A stretch of DNA of 64,000 nt from Dicyema japonicum (taxonomy: Eukaryota > Animalia > Dicyemida): NCBI GenBank assembly GCA_011109175.1, contig RDEW01000001.1, positions 214,594 through 278,593 of the forward strand. Direction: 5' to 3'. The position numbers and the translations under genes are program-made. Below, piece by piece: positions 49,892 through 63,000 of this stretch. The notes under the pieces are model-generated. The model searched no databases, was not told the DNA's origin, and saw nothing but the letters and a program-made list of their open reading frames with translations. The stretch's first letter is position 1. Every line of letters starts with the position of its first letter.

Positions 49892-50880
49892 TCAACAACC
49901 TTCCTCGCCTGCCTGTTCGCCAGCCTCCTCAGGCAGGTTCGATTCTGGTTGCTGAAACAACTCCGAGAGCGCATTGTCATATTGAACCCTCTGCCCATAT
50001 GGCATCTCAGAGCTCTGCCTCCTATACTCCAGTGTCAAGCTCTCTAGGGTCCGCTTTAACACAGTGGACTGTAGATAGGCCTGGAGCTTCCTATCACCCC
50101 CAACTGCTTCAGATAACCCTTGTGGTACTTTGTTGCAATTCCTTCCCACGTCATTACTATAGGAATAACGAGGACCTTGCAACCAAACGTCTGCCCCATC
50201 TCGTTTGCAAGAAAGTCATACTTCCTTTTTTTCTCCACCTCCACAGTCTGCAAACGGTCTTGAGACGTGATGCCAATCTCTATGATAAGGACTTGGCCAG
50301 ACTCCTTATCGTGTACTAAAATGTCCTGTTTATTGTGCTTGACTAGCACCGAGATACGGATAACACTGTTTACCATTACTTGGACCTTGGTGTTCTCAAC
50401 TACAGATTGCACCTTATAGTCCGCAACTTTCTGGTGTGGCGAATACCGTACTTATTTCATAGTAGGGGAGGAAGAATCCATACTACCTCATTATATTTCA
50501 AACATAGTCTTGGCAGAGCATGGATCAGCACCGAGTGGCTAAATAATCAACCGACATTTTCCTTGACATATAACGGAGATATTTATTTGTTGATCGACAC
50601 CAAAAAATATTGCGGTCTTGCATACACGTGTACAACGCCTCCGATCAAGGTGAGTTGTCACCGTATTTTAGCCATATTGTCGACGACTTAAGGTCGACAT
50701 GTGGGTTGTCCAATGCTCTGAAGAGGACCTTATGAAGGCTTTTTAAGTTGATCTTTTCCATCAAATTATTATATTGTAATTCGATCAACGCCTTCACATT
50801 TACTAGCCCACCATCATCAACACCATACTTAGCAGACAAAAAAGGTCTGATAGTGCCTAGGTGGTTGCCCGTGTTTTCTC
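49892..50880 (-). mobile_element. 3' fragment of an RLE-type LINE related to 2240-5917
   Basis: DILVHDK...IIEIGITSQDRLQTVEVEKKRKYD and IPIVMTWEG. Confidence 0.85.
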
Positions 50881-51086
50881 GGTCGTTATTATGGCGTGCT
50901 TCCTAGTCTCATCTAGTGTCATAGTCCACAAATATCACAGTTCTTCCATATATCACGTTGGAGAGTCAGTAACGTAATCAGGAGCGTCGCATCATAGTTT
51001 GTGACTAGTCTCAAACTTAGAAGAGGTTGAAGGATCACATTATTAATAAGAGAATATCATGTTAGTTTATGTGAGTCAGTCACGTG

Positions 51087-54000
51087 TTAAAATTTAAATA
51101 TATTTGACGAGACCTTAGCAAAGAAAAACTTCCAAATAACAGCGGAAGCAATTCCAACGAATGCCACGGATCCCAACGAAATTCCAAGAATGAGCGGGAG
51201 TTTATTGGATCCTCACTTTAAAATAAACCAATCCATTACCGGTCCTCCATATACGACTTTGTCCTCATAAATTAAGCTTGTAAGGGCAGCACTCTGATCC
51301 GCAAAATGTAAAATATTATTTTGCTTTAAGAATGCGGCAAACAGAGTGCCAGCATCGTCCATTTCGGTGATATTTCCTTCAATCACCACAGTGACCCTGA
51401 ATGTCCCTTAACTTAACTAGATTAGCTGTACCGGGGGATAGTTGGAAATTCACAAAATTGATATCCGAAAAGTTCAAACTGATGTAATTAAACAAGGTGG
51501 CTTCAATCTGGAGAGGATTGACTTGGAGGTGGGAGATATTTCTGTCTAATTCCATGACTATTGGTTTACTGACCGATAAATTCCAGTCAAAGTCTAAATC
51601 ACAAAAAACGAAGACTGCTGTTGTGGACTCGAATGATTCTGCTTTGTGTGGAAATATTGTAGTCGTTGGGATGACTTGCAACCTGAACATTCAGGATATA
51701 AAATCCAATCTGAGAAAGTGGATAATATGAGACGTTTAAAGATCCATTGACGATTTGCTGTTGGATGGGAGCTAATCGAGTATATTGGAACACTTTGGTG
51801 TCGGCAACGTCGATCTGGTATGTCCAATTTGAAATCTGAGGTGTACTACAAATATACCCTCCACGATAAATTACTGATCGTCGCATTTTCGATGATGTTG
51901 AGGACTTTGATGAAACCAGATATCGGTTGGTTTATGAAGACTGTGGACTGATTGAGGAGTAAGTCAACGAAAAGCCGTCTTTTTAGAATATTTAGGGGAC
52001 CAATGGAGGCTATGAATGAACTGTTCAGGGACTGGAACTATAAACACGGAAAAACCCGGAAAGTGAAATTTAAGTTATTTCCGTAAAATGGAATTCGGAG
52101 TGATGAGAAGTTAGCCGCCCCCGATATGAAACTGGCTAGGAACTGTCTCCCACTGATGACGTGGCCATTGGCGGAAATTTCAAGTTGAATCTTCCACGGG
52201 TCATACATTGAGCCGAGGATCCCCAAAGTCGCATTCTAATATATCACCAACTACAAACATTTGGGTCCAGCATAATTAACGAAAACCAGGTTGACGAGAC
52301 CGACTCTTCGTAGATTACGGATGGCCGGGATATTATGAGCAATTTGTCGGGAATCAAGATTACCTGTAGAGAATTTTGATATTGCCCCCACATGGATGTA
52401 TAAGTTGGGGGAATTGGCTCTAAAATCGATAGGGTTGATATCTTAAAGTAATTCCCAGTTGTACAGAAATGTTCAGAATGGTCGAGAGACCAGTACTCTG
52501 GGCTGTGTTCAAAATAATGGAGGATATATTCTGCATTTGTTGGTCAGACAAAAAATTCGTCGAGTTTGCGGTCTCGTTGGCTAAATTCGAAATTTCAATC
52601 AAAAAAATGTGATTTATCCTCCGACCTTTTGGCTCGGTTAGAGGACGTCTCACGGACTACATTTACGACTCTGACTTTGCTGGGGGATACTCCGAGGAAT
52701 GATATTAAATTTTGTAAAACATTGGAACCGAAAAAGTCAATCTCAGAGACGACCGATGACACTCCAATGATAACACTTTCCGTAAATTCGATGTCGACAG
52801 CCTGTGACCCCTCAAGCCGACTTGGAGGTATTTTGTGGAACGATTTCTATACTTCCCACCAGAAATAGTTGTAGTGGGGGTAATCATGCGATCTATAAAT
52901 AGTACACACTACCACTACCACTGGGGAATATAGGCACTCCGTCGATGGAGACGTTTGTCCCCTGAACTCTGTCAAAAAAGTATTCCACGACTAATTTGTC
53001 CTCAGAGTTGGCATTCAATAGTCTCAGTCTCAGATGGCGGTGCAGATGATGTCATAAATAACTGATAAACTCTCCCTATAAAATATCCCCCAATCACTAG
53101 CAACCGGTGGAAACAATAGCATAAAACGTGGATATCCTCAATTGGCAGGTATATCCATTACACCAGCCATGATCAGCCGGTCCATTAATAAGATCAACAT
53201 ATCCCCCACTTCTGATGGCGATCGGGGACAACCTCCTCTTTTCTGTGTCACTATCCATGCTCTCAATAACTAGTATGCGATATTTATCCCCACAACAGTT
53301 GTACGCCTTCCAAACAGGATTGTAAGTACAGTTCGAATTCCTTATTATTCCTGTTTGTGTCAAATTCAGAGATACCCAAGTGCTGTCTCACGTGGTTGAT
53401 TGGAATCTGAGAGCCATTGGGAAATATCTTCATGCTCGTTGGAAGTCGGTAATCTCCAGTCCCCCTACTTCTATCTCCATTCCAGGCAAATTCAGACTTC
53501 GGAAAAGCAGCACAGTCCCTAGAACCGAGGAGAGTCCCATCAAGGTCATTTATGAGTGTCTTCTTATTCCCATCACAGTCCATATCGACGCAGTCTGAAG
53601 GATTCACCTTTCTAAGATATAACTCAAATATACCCCAATGGGGGTAAGGTCATAAACAGATATTTGTCCGTTGAGATGTTGTATAAGCGGATATTTGACG
53701 TTCTTATCGGATGTTGGAAGTCATAACTCAATTTACTCGACATTATCAACCCATCGTCAGTGGAACAACTTACTGCACCATTACTGCTCACATCCAGATC
53801 TAGTCATCAGAATAGCATAGGACCGGATAAAGTCATGAGTCCCCCCAATGAAGGGTACGCCATTGGGTTGTTCCAATCTTTATAAGCACCCGGTAAACCC
53901 TCTGAAATGAAATTTGGAAAGAACAGTCCAACTCTGACATTTCTGTTAATAGAACTCACGCTGGAAGAAGCCAGAGTGGAGCTCTAAGGATGAAGCTATA

Positions 54001-57000
54001 ATTTTACAATTCTGCTGAGGACATGTAATACTAAGCCGTTTTGTGTTATATCCCTTATTACAGCCTTTTATGACTCAATCACGTTATAAGATGACGTGGA
54101 GATTACAATCTCTTCACCAATGCTCCAATCGACGGCGTCTTCTAAGTAAATGGTCCTCTCTCCGGAAACAGCAGTTCTATTAAGCGCCGTGAAGTAAATG
54201 TTGTGATCAACACCGTGAAGATCTACTCCACCAAAAGAGGCTAAATATAGGTAATTTGATACCAATGACTTTAGTCCCCACAACAGATCCCACAATTCTT
54301 GGAAATGTTTGAGAATTGATGTTTTCTCTCAGAACAATGTCCAGTCTTCCCTGAAAGGCGTTGTCTTCTATCTCCGCTATGATACGTCCCCCTCTTATGA
54401 AGATCACTCCGCTGACAAACAAAATCTCGATATCCAGAGCGCGTTGAATTATCAATTCCGTCAAATTTAAGAACTCCATACACGTGTAACTCTTTCAATG
54501 TTGGAAAAGCCACATCTGCTAAAACCCACGTGCCTGAATAATTAAGCGTGAAATTAACCGGCAGATATCACGACGACACTCCCATTGGATGGCATACCAC
54601 CACCTGAACTTAAACTTGCGTTCCACTGATTATTTGTGTAACTCCAAATATTTCTGTTTGACTATCTGACATAATTGTTGGGTCTATTTCGTTGCGGGGG
54701 GAGGTTTGTAGAAACTGGGGGAGGCTCACATTTCGGGTAGAAGCATCGGTACGCATTAAATCTGACCCAAAATCTTCGAATAGACGAATACATGTGACAC
54801 TGCTCGTTCTGGGGGACATCACTATTAATTAGCTTTTGACCCACCAATATAGCTTAAAACATTCCTGGAGGAGTTATAATACCAATCTCCTTATTGTTAG
54901 TCTCCACATTCAGGGGAAGCAGGGACATTGAACGGTTAACAGTGGAAGTCGTGAAAACTCGATCGGGTTTCTCCCTCATAGACTGATACACAATGATATA
55001 ACCCCCACTCTGCGCATGAAATCAATTCAAACCATTAAGTGATCTACCGCTGCTTTGTAGGAAATATTTATTGAACTCGACTCGACTGGGAATTGCAGAA
55101 ACACATTGTCATTTGCCGGGACAACAGCATTCATCCTAGAGGGGAGGTCATCCTCTTCTCTGCAAAATAGCTCGTTTCGTTGCCGTATTTCACGATTATC
55201 TTGGCATTCCTCGCTAAATAGAGGGTCGGGAGGATATCTGGCATTAAAGCGAATGAAACCGTTAAATGATAATCTCGCAAAGCTGTACCTTCTGAGGACA
55301 GAAGGATGACTGTATTCCTTGTGTATTTTGGGTATTCGTAACACAATCAGATGGGACCAAATTGGAATAGGGGACAATATTTGTCACCGAACCAGTCTGG
55401 GACCCGTCAGAGTCTGCAATGACTCCCTCGTGTATCCAATTCCATTTATATCTATTATTTGAATTTGTAAAGTGAATGTTTCTAATTAAATAGAGAAATC
55501 CTGCAAAAGTTAAGGAAGCTCAACTCCCACGAGTAGGTAGAGCTGGTGCCATCAATCTTTGCTTGGTAAAAGCACGAATATCCGGATTCGTTGTAATTAT
55601 AGAACTTTATGTTATTCAGAGTTAATCCATTTGATAGGGAAGGACTACCCCATACCCTGAAGAAACGGGGGTTACTCCAGGAATGTAAGCTAAATCCGTA
55701 TCATCAACGGTCTACCAATAATATCACTGTTATTGAGGAAAGGTCCTCGACTTGAGTATTCCACGCTGAAGGAATTCCTCATCATTTCGATATTTGCGAC
55801 TTTATTGGCGATAGTAACAAATTGTCAAATTGTAAAGCTCCCCCGTTTGCCCACTCGGCTCGTTTTTGATTGTTCCACGAAGTAAAATTTGTAAATCTCG
55901 CAACAGTGGGATTTCCATTTTTTCTCCCATCCACACGTGGGTAATAACTTGAGTAAATACCAAGGAAACTCCTTCGAAAATCCATATTCCGTACCACCCC
56001 TGAGAGTGAACCTCGTTCCCTCAAATATTCCTATTTGTCCGTTATTAGGAGCCACCGAGGGGTCATACGAAGGTCCGTCCACGGTTTTATGCAATCTGTA
56101 CCTTTCAATAAATATCAGAGACATACCAAAAACCAAAATGAGTGCCTCCTGCTACTGTGTTATATCTGACTATATTATTTGGATTTGTGAGCCAATAACC
56201 AGCGGGGGTTACGTCGTCATTTAATAAGCTGGAACTTCGCTTGACATACACGTGCAAGTTGTACTCAAAGACGTTGTGGGTTTCAATCCCATCCTCTAGG
56301 AAAAATGCCCCGCCCATTATGTTGTAATTGACATTCCTTCTTACTGTGATCCCATGCGTTCCTTGGAGGGGGTTAACGCATAACATACCGTGAATGTTAA
56401 CAGCTCTGTTGAAACTCTCGTGAATAGCACACCCGTTGACGTAGGAATGTCTATTCCACCCCGAAAGGTGAAAATGTATTGGATATCGTCCCAGACGAAA
56501 GGCTTGGCCGACGTAGTTGAACTCAACATGTGAGATCCTCACAATTGCTTCGTCCATACCCGGATGTCTTGGAGCTATCATGACTGTTCCCCCAAATTGA
56601 TCATTCCCTATTTCATCTCCCTCTCTTCCTTGAAAACAAGTCTGTACCGCGAATTGTCCTAGAATATGGTAATCACGGAATCCTACCCAACTTGAACTCA
56701 TCAGGACATCTTTCTATCTTAAAGGAATAATTCAGATTTCTTGTCCCCTTGATTTTAACATTTCTTGTAAGGAGACCCACCTTGGCTCGCAAATTCACTG
56801 TCTTTCCTCGTGCATAGTTATAAGTGTAGGCAAGCTTGTGATATTTTTAAACTGATCAATCTACTTGATTGGGTCCTAAAGGGTGATTGTGGTCCGATTG
56901 GGGGATATATTTGCAATTTTATGAACTTCATTTTCTCTTGCGCTGTTCATATCGCCGGTACTCGCAATCACGATGGTCTCATTAACCTTGACTTGACCCA

Positions 57001-60000
57001 ATAAACATACATTCCAATCGACTGGGTCTTGAAGTTCTAGGACCATATCCCCGACATTGGCGGATACCACTAATCGAGTCCACGTGACATTTCTATATCT
57101 CTCTATGTATTAATAAAAGTGAAATAACCGTGAAAATCTACGTTTCCACTTCTGACCCCGACTACATTCGATCCGAATATGGGGAACGTTTTTGACAAAA
57201 ACTTTGAGTGCAGCTCTATCAAAGCTTGATGCTGGAATGGTCTGCCTTCACTCCCAATCTAAATTAAATTTATATTAGCTTACTCTCAATGATCCGTTAT
57301 TTGTGATGAAAATATTTTCCGCGTGAAGTTCGACGTCTTCTCATCAAATGTTAGTGATCCCCCTAATTATCCTCCCTACTAATCACCGTTTATTAGAAGA
57401 ATCTGAAGTACAGGTGTGTTGACGTCAAGTAGGATATTTAATCCATGTGGTATTACAACAATTTCACCAGCCTTGGGTATATCGTAACCTCCCCAGGTAA
57501 ATCGCGAAGACCAGACGTTCACATACTCGAATATGACATCTGAGACATTTCTCTAAATTTATCACATCGTTTGACTAACAGCTACTGCTAATCCACTTTT
57601 CGAAGAATAAACTTGTACGGGGACCTAGCGTTTCCGTGGTGGAGACGACTCACATTGGATCAGAGAATTGTTGATAAATCTTATGATGCAGACAGAACCG
57701 TCAATTGTGACATTGGTCGCATTCTGGTCATTCCTGGTTGTTAACAAAACGTATTGACCTGAAACCGAATCCATAAATTGAGAGATTAGTTCCTCCCCCA
57801 GTTCCTCCTCTTTTGGGGGTAACATAGTAAATGAAGGAAGTATCACTCGAATTGTAAGTAAATTGATTGGAGTAGTTTATAATTGCTGTGCTTGTGTTTA
57901 TGGTGACTGAGCAGTTCGTGTCATTTTGCGAATCTACAATAAGCATGTGAGGATCACAAGTCATCGTGGGAGTCTCAACCAGCATTTCGGAGTGATTCGA
58001 CAGTGATAAAATTCTAGAATATATTCCACAAATCGAAATATTCATGTCTCGAGTGAATCCATTTCCACGCACCTGAACCACCTGCTTGCCTCCATATCCC
58101 CCTAATCAATGCAACCAAAGTCTACCTCTCCCTGGGTATATATCCGATATGGATAGCACGTTGGTGTAGTTTTCCACAGAGTTTGAGTCTCCGTAAATAA
58201 GATGTTTGATTTTTATGGAATAATTCCCATACCCTTGGTCGGGTGCTGAACAAGATATTATAAACAGAGAAAATGATATAATATTGCATATCTCGTTCCC
58301 TATAAGCACGATGTTGTCGCTTTCATTACCCACGAAACCTAGTTAATTGATAGATTATTGACTACCACTCCCAGCAATTAAAATTTGAGTATTTGCACTT
58401 CCACTCATCGGCCTTACGAAGCCTATCATCGGACTTTTACTGGGTTCATAACTAAACGCTAGTTGGTTGAAGGAATATGAGGCACTGATCACAGACAGGT
58501 TTTTACTCACACTCGTTAATAAGCGGGGTGTCAGACAAAATAACTATTTTATATACTAAAAACCCACCTCGTTTACTTGACACTGAGTTATTCTACAGGT
58601 TACGTTTTCCATAGTAGCCGTTATGTTGTTACAGTTGAATCCGAATCCCGTTATTTTTACCGTCGTTCCCCCATGGGTGCTACCAGAAGCTGGTTCTACC
58701 GTCGAGGTATATCCATAGCTATTTATCGTGTTATTCACTCTAAATTCAGCTTTCCCGTATCCTTCGACGTCCAATGAAAGCTGATGTTCTCCAACATCCA
58801 GATATGGAATCAGAAAGTAAACTCCACTTTGGGAGTTATTCAGTGAGTAGTACACCCTGTTTTGCATTCTCAATATACTCCTCCCGTTCACTGACGTCAC
58901 ATTTATCCCCGACAGTTTTATGGTCGTGTTTGGTCCCGTAATATTCGTGGGTTCAATTCGTAATACGAATGGCGTAAAATTTTGGGAGTAGTGGAATCCG
59001 ATATTGTTAGTGTTCACTGCGTAATAACTTCTACCCCCCGTTACTTTGACCGATATATTTAGGATGGCATCAACCGAGTGATTTTGAGTTCGACATAATA
59101 TTTGAGTCCCATTTAGAGATTCGATGAAGCACGAATTGGGACCAATCCTGACTTGTGTTGAATTTACGTCGAATTTCCATCCGGTTATTGTGATCAAAGT
59201 ATCTCCCTTAGTTGATCCCTTGTTAAGGACAACCGTTGATATTTCGGGCATAAGATAAACAGAGTTCATTGAATCCTTTGAAAGTTGGAAAAGTCCGTAT
59301 CCATCGTTTTTAGTCCAAACTCTCATCAGCCTTTTGTAGCCAAATGAAGAGTTCTGCAGTTCGTCCATTTTGCAGGTAATTCTAGTTTTATTGGATTCCA
59401 AGACGACGCATCGTTGGCCATCAATGCTGACGGAGTTCTGGCATGTTCTGCCACCAAAATTAGTCCCTGTATTTCCCAAATATATTATACCAGTAATGAT
59501 TATACTCCCATAGAAGCCCCTATTTGGCTGGGAGACGGAGAGGATTTTCGGACCCCCACAATTTGAATAGGTAAAGTTAAAGTCAGAAATCAGGGTACAA
59601 TTATTTACTATATTCGGGCAATTAGGGGGTTGAGGCTGGGTTAGACTGTTGTTTACTGATAAAATAATAATAACCGCATACATGCATATTCTGGAAGAAT
59701 ACCCACCATCGTCACATTTAGGGGGAACGATTCATCTGTGTTATTGACCACATTCACGATTCCCTTCAAGAACAAATCACGGTCGGCAACGACCGGGAGA
59801 GACCAGTAAAAGTACTTCCCCGGCTTTAGAAACTGATGTTTATATGTTCCTTGTAAATTTAAAGCATGAAATACCAGAATTTGAAGCATTTCCGCTAACG
59901 AATCCCCGAGAAAGGAATTTCGTATTTGTGAGGGAGTGTGTTTGATGAATCTTATAATTTATAGAGGTAATTCCAAGTGGAGAGAACCACTCCCACATTA

Positions 60001-63000
60001 CATAGTCGCCAACTCGGATTGTTACTTCGTCAGGCAGCCATCGGTACCCCTTTCCATTTTCTATATATTAGTAATATCAGTACGTGAATGTACCCCAAGG
60101 TTTGTTACTTTTTGTACATTCGCACTCTCGGATGTTTTGCAGCTTAAAAATGTTGAATTTACGAAATTCACTTCACATCGATGGTTCCCCAATCTTACTG
60201 AGATTTCGGAGCTATTTCCAAGACCTTCTCCACCAATGCTCAGTTCAGTTCCTCCAAAGATGGACCCACCAGTTGGGAACATTGACGTAATCTTAAACAC
60301 ATAAATCAAGTTGTATTGGCTGAGTCTTAATTTTCAAAACGAATACTTGTTGATTACTCCGTTTCGGGTTTTTGCCTCAAAAGAATAATTTCCGGGAGAC
60401 AAAGACGGAGTAAGGAAATAGTAAGAGTAATTAGAGCAGGAAGACTGGTTGATTTCAACGTTGTTTATATTCAAGACTACAGTTTCATTTCCACATAGCA
60501 AATTACTTATATTGAGTGTTAATGTTTGACTCCCTTGGCTGAATAAAAAACGCCAACCTGCGACACTAAGATGAGTAGGATGCACCCCCGAAACCATGGG
60601 AGTTGTCGAATCTTCGTAAACAATAATTCCAGCGTGATAGAATCTGTTTAAATTAAATAACGAAATTCTGTATATTCCAATGGACTATTAAATCGTTAAA
60701 ATTTGGATACGTTTTGGATTGGGGTCACAAACGTCATTCTGTACATTGACCTCCTTACAATCACCGCGGACTTTGAATCGACAAGGATCGTCATGTTTGC
60801 TTGGAACCCGAAGCCATTGATAGTCAAATATTCACCCCCTAAGTATAACAGATTTAGCCACCATTGATGGAACTAACATTCCTGGAGATGTTGGTAACAG
60901 ATATTTGAGGATTTAGACAAAACTCTTGGGCCAATCTGGCGTATCCGATAGGGTCTACCAATACGGAAACGTTGCAGAGGACGTTTATGTCATTTCGAAT
61001 ACTTAACGAACAGTTTATTTCGTTGGGGGAAGATTGAAATGGCACACAGTCGTTCCCACCAAGCAGAATAGTATTTGATGATAAATTTGCGCTGAATAGA
61101 GTCCCTCGTAGTGTTATGTTAGTTTCGGGATTTTGTACTAAACATGATCAGTTAGTAAACTCGAAAGAGGCTCAATTGAGGTGACTGTTGGTGTAGACAT
61201 GTTAGCTACTGAAAAAGAACAATTCCCAGAGCAAAGGGAAGGAGATTCGTTTATTATAACCTCAACTTGTGGCTCGGAAAACTTTTGTCTTACCATTGAT
61301 TGTGGAATATACGTACGAAGGTGACCGTCAGCCACTAAATAGTGGGATATTTGAATTCGATCATTTGATGTGTTCACCTAAAAATTCATTTGACGAATGT
61401 GACCTGAATCGATTCGGCATTCCCCTTCTACGACAGGAGAGCTATGTAATACCGAGAATTTTCGCAGTTGGAGTACCCAGATACGTACAGTATCCCAATG
61501 TCGGGGAAATATTCCAAGACACTTTTCATGTTGGTCGCATTCAGTTGAGCTTTAATATCTCAGAAATGCTACTGTATAAGGGAATGTCGCAATACTCCCA
61601 TGTAGTATGGTTCAAGTCAATGTAGCACCAAGGACCTAAGGGTTTTCCGTCGGGATTTCTGCAGAAATTATATTCTTGCCATTTACTAAAAGGCTCAACC
61701 TGAAGAATTCCATTTCTGGCATTTAAATCCGTTTTTCGTAACTGAAGTAGTCCCAGCATAATTTGTCTCCGCTACAGTGACTTTACAGTCGACGACTAAA
61801 TCACGTTTATAACATTCCAATAACCTTCTGAGGCTTTGATAGTCTTCCTGTTGAAAGTGAATACTAGATCTCCTTCAGAGGGGGAGCTCATATTTGAAAT
61901 TTTTTGACAGTATGGAAAATTTTGATTATTTGATATCTACGAATCACTCTATATCGCTGAGAACCATAGCAGGGGGAATATTTCCGAAGCAGTAATTCAA
62001 CTGATAAGTCACGTTGAGATGATTTAAAAATTTTGAAACGCTTATACGACGTACGGAATATTTACTCGGGGGAAGCACTCTCTGATTGGTCAAAATTGCT
62101 GAATCAATTAAATCAAAAAACATATTTTATCCGTATTTCTGCGAGTAGTGCTTAGAGAAACGAGATCATAATAGACCAGTCCCGTGTTAATCACTTCCGC
62201 CAACTTTACAAGGACGATCGACGACTGGACGTCACTCATCAGCTGTACAAGGTCAACACACTCGTAATTCCATTCCCTTTAAAGTGACAAGTCCCATATC
62301 AAACAATATTGAATCTTGTAGGGATAAATTGTATGTATTCGAGGAATAGGTTTTCCCGTCCGTAGAATATACGATATACAAGGAATTTGGGGGATATCCG
62401 TTGTAGGCAAAACACAGCTTGTTATAGAAGATTATAATTACCATTTTGAACGTTACTATGTTGGGTTTGTTTCTCAAAGCTTCGAAATTTAAAATCTCAA
62501 TTAGGTTTTTATTAGAGTGTCCCCCACAGAATGCGTTACCAAAGTAGTTATCGGAAGTTTCAAAGTCCTCCACGAAAAATACTGAATTTGACAATTTATC
62601 GAAATCTTTAGGACACCGAATTTCATAGGCCTTCATGAGTTGTTTCTCAATCTAATCATTAAGCAAGCGATACCTTGCTGGTATTAAAATTTAAAGAAAT
62701 TGGCGGTAAGTTGTAATTTTCGCTTTTTAATAGCAAATAGTAACTCCCAGAAGTTCCATTAGCTATTTTATTGAGAAAATAGTGTGAGACAGACTCGTTT
62801 ACACTCAAAAAAGAGAGTGACGTGGAATCACCTATAATAATCTAAAAACAAACCCGGATGTATCGTGAAATGTAAAACGAAGTTTGTAGTGTTTTCAGTA
62901 TTCGTATAGTTCTCTACATTTACAAGGTAATCCCCCAAGATTGGGTGTTGGTCAACTTTGGCTTGTAGAAGCTGTGACGTGTCGCTGCTTTTTAAAATTT

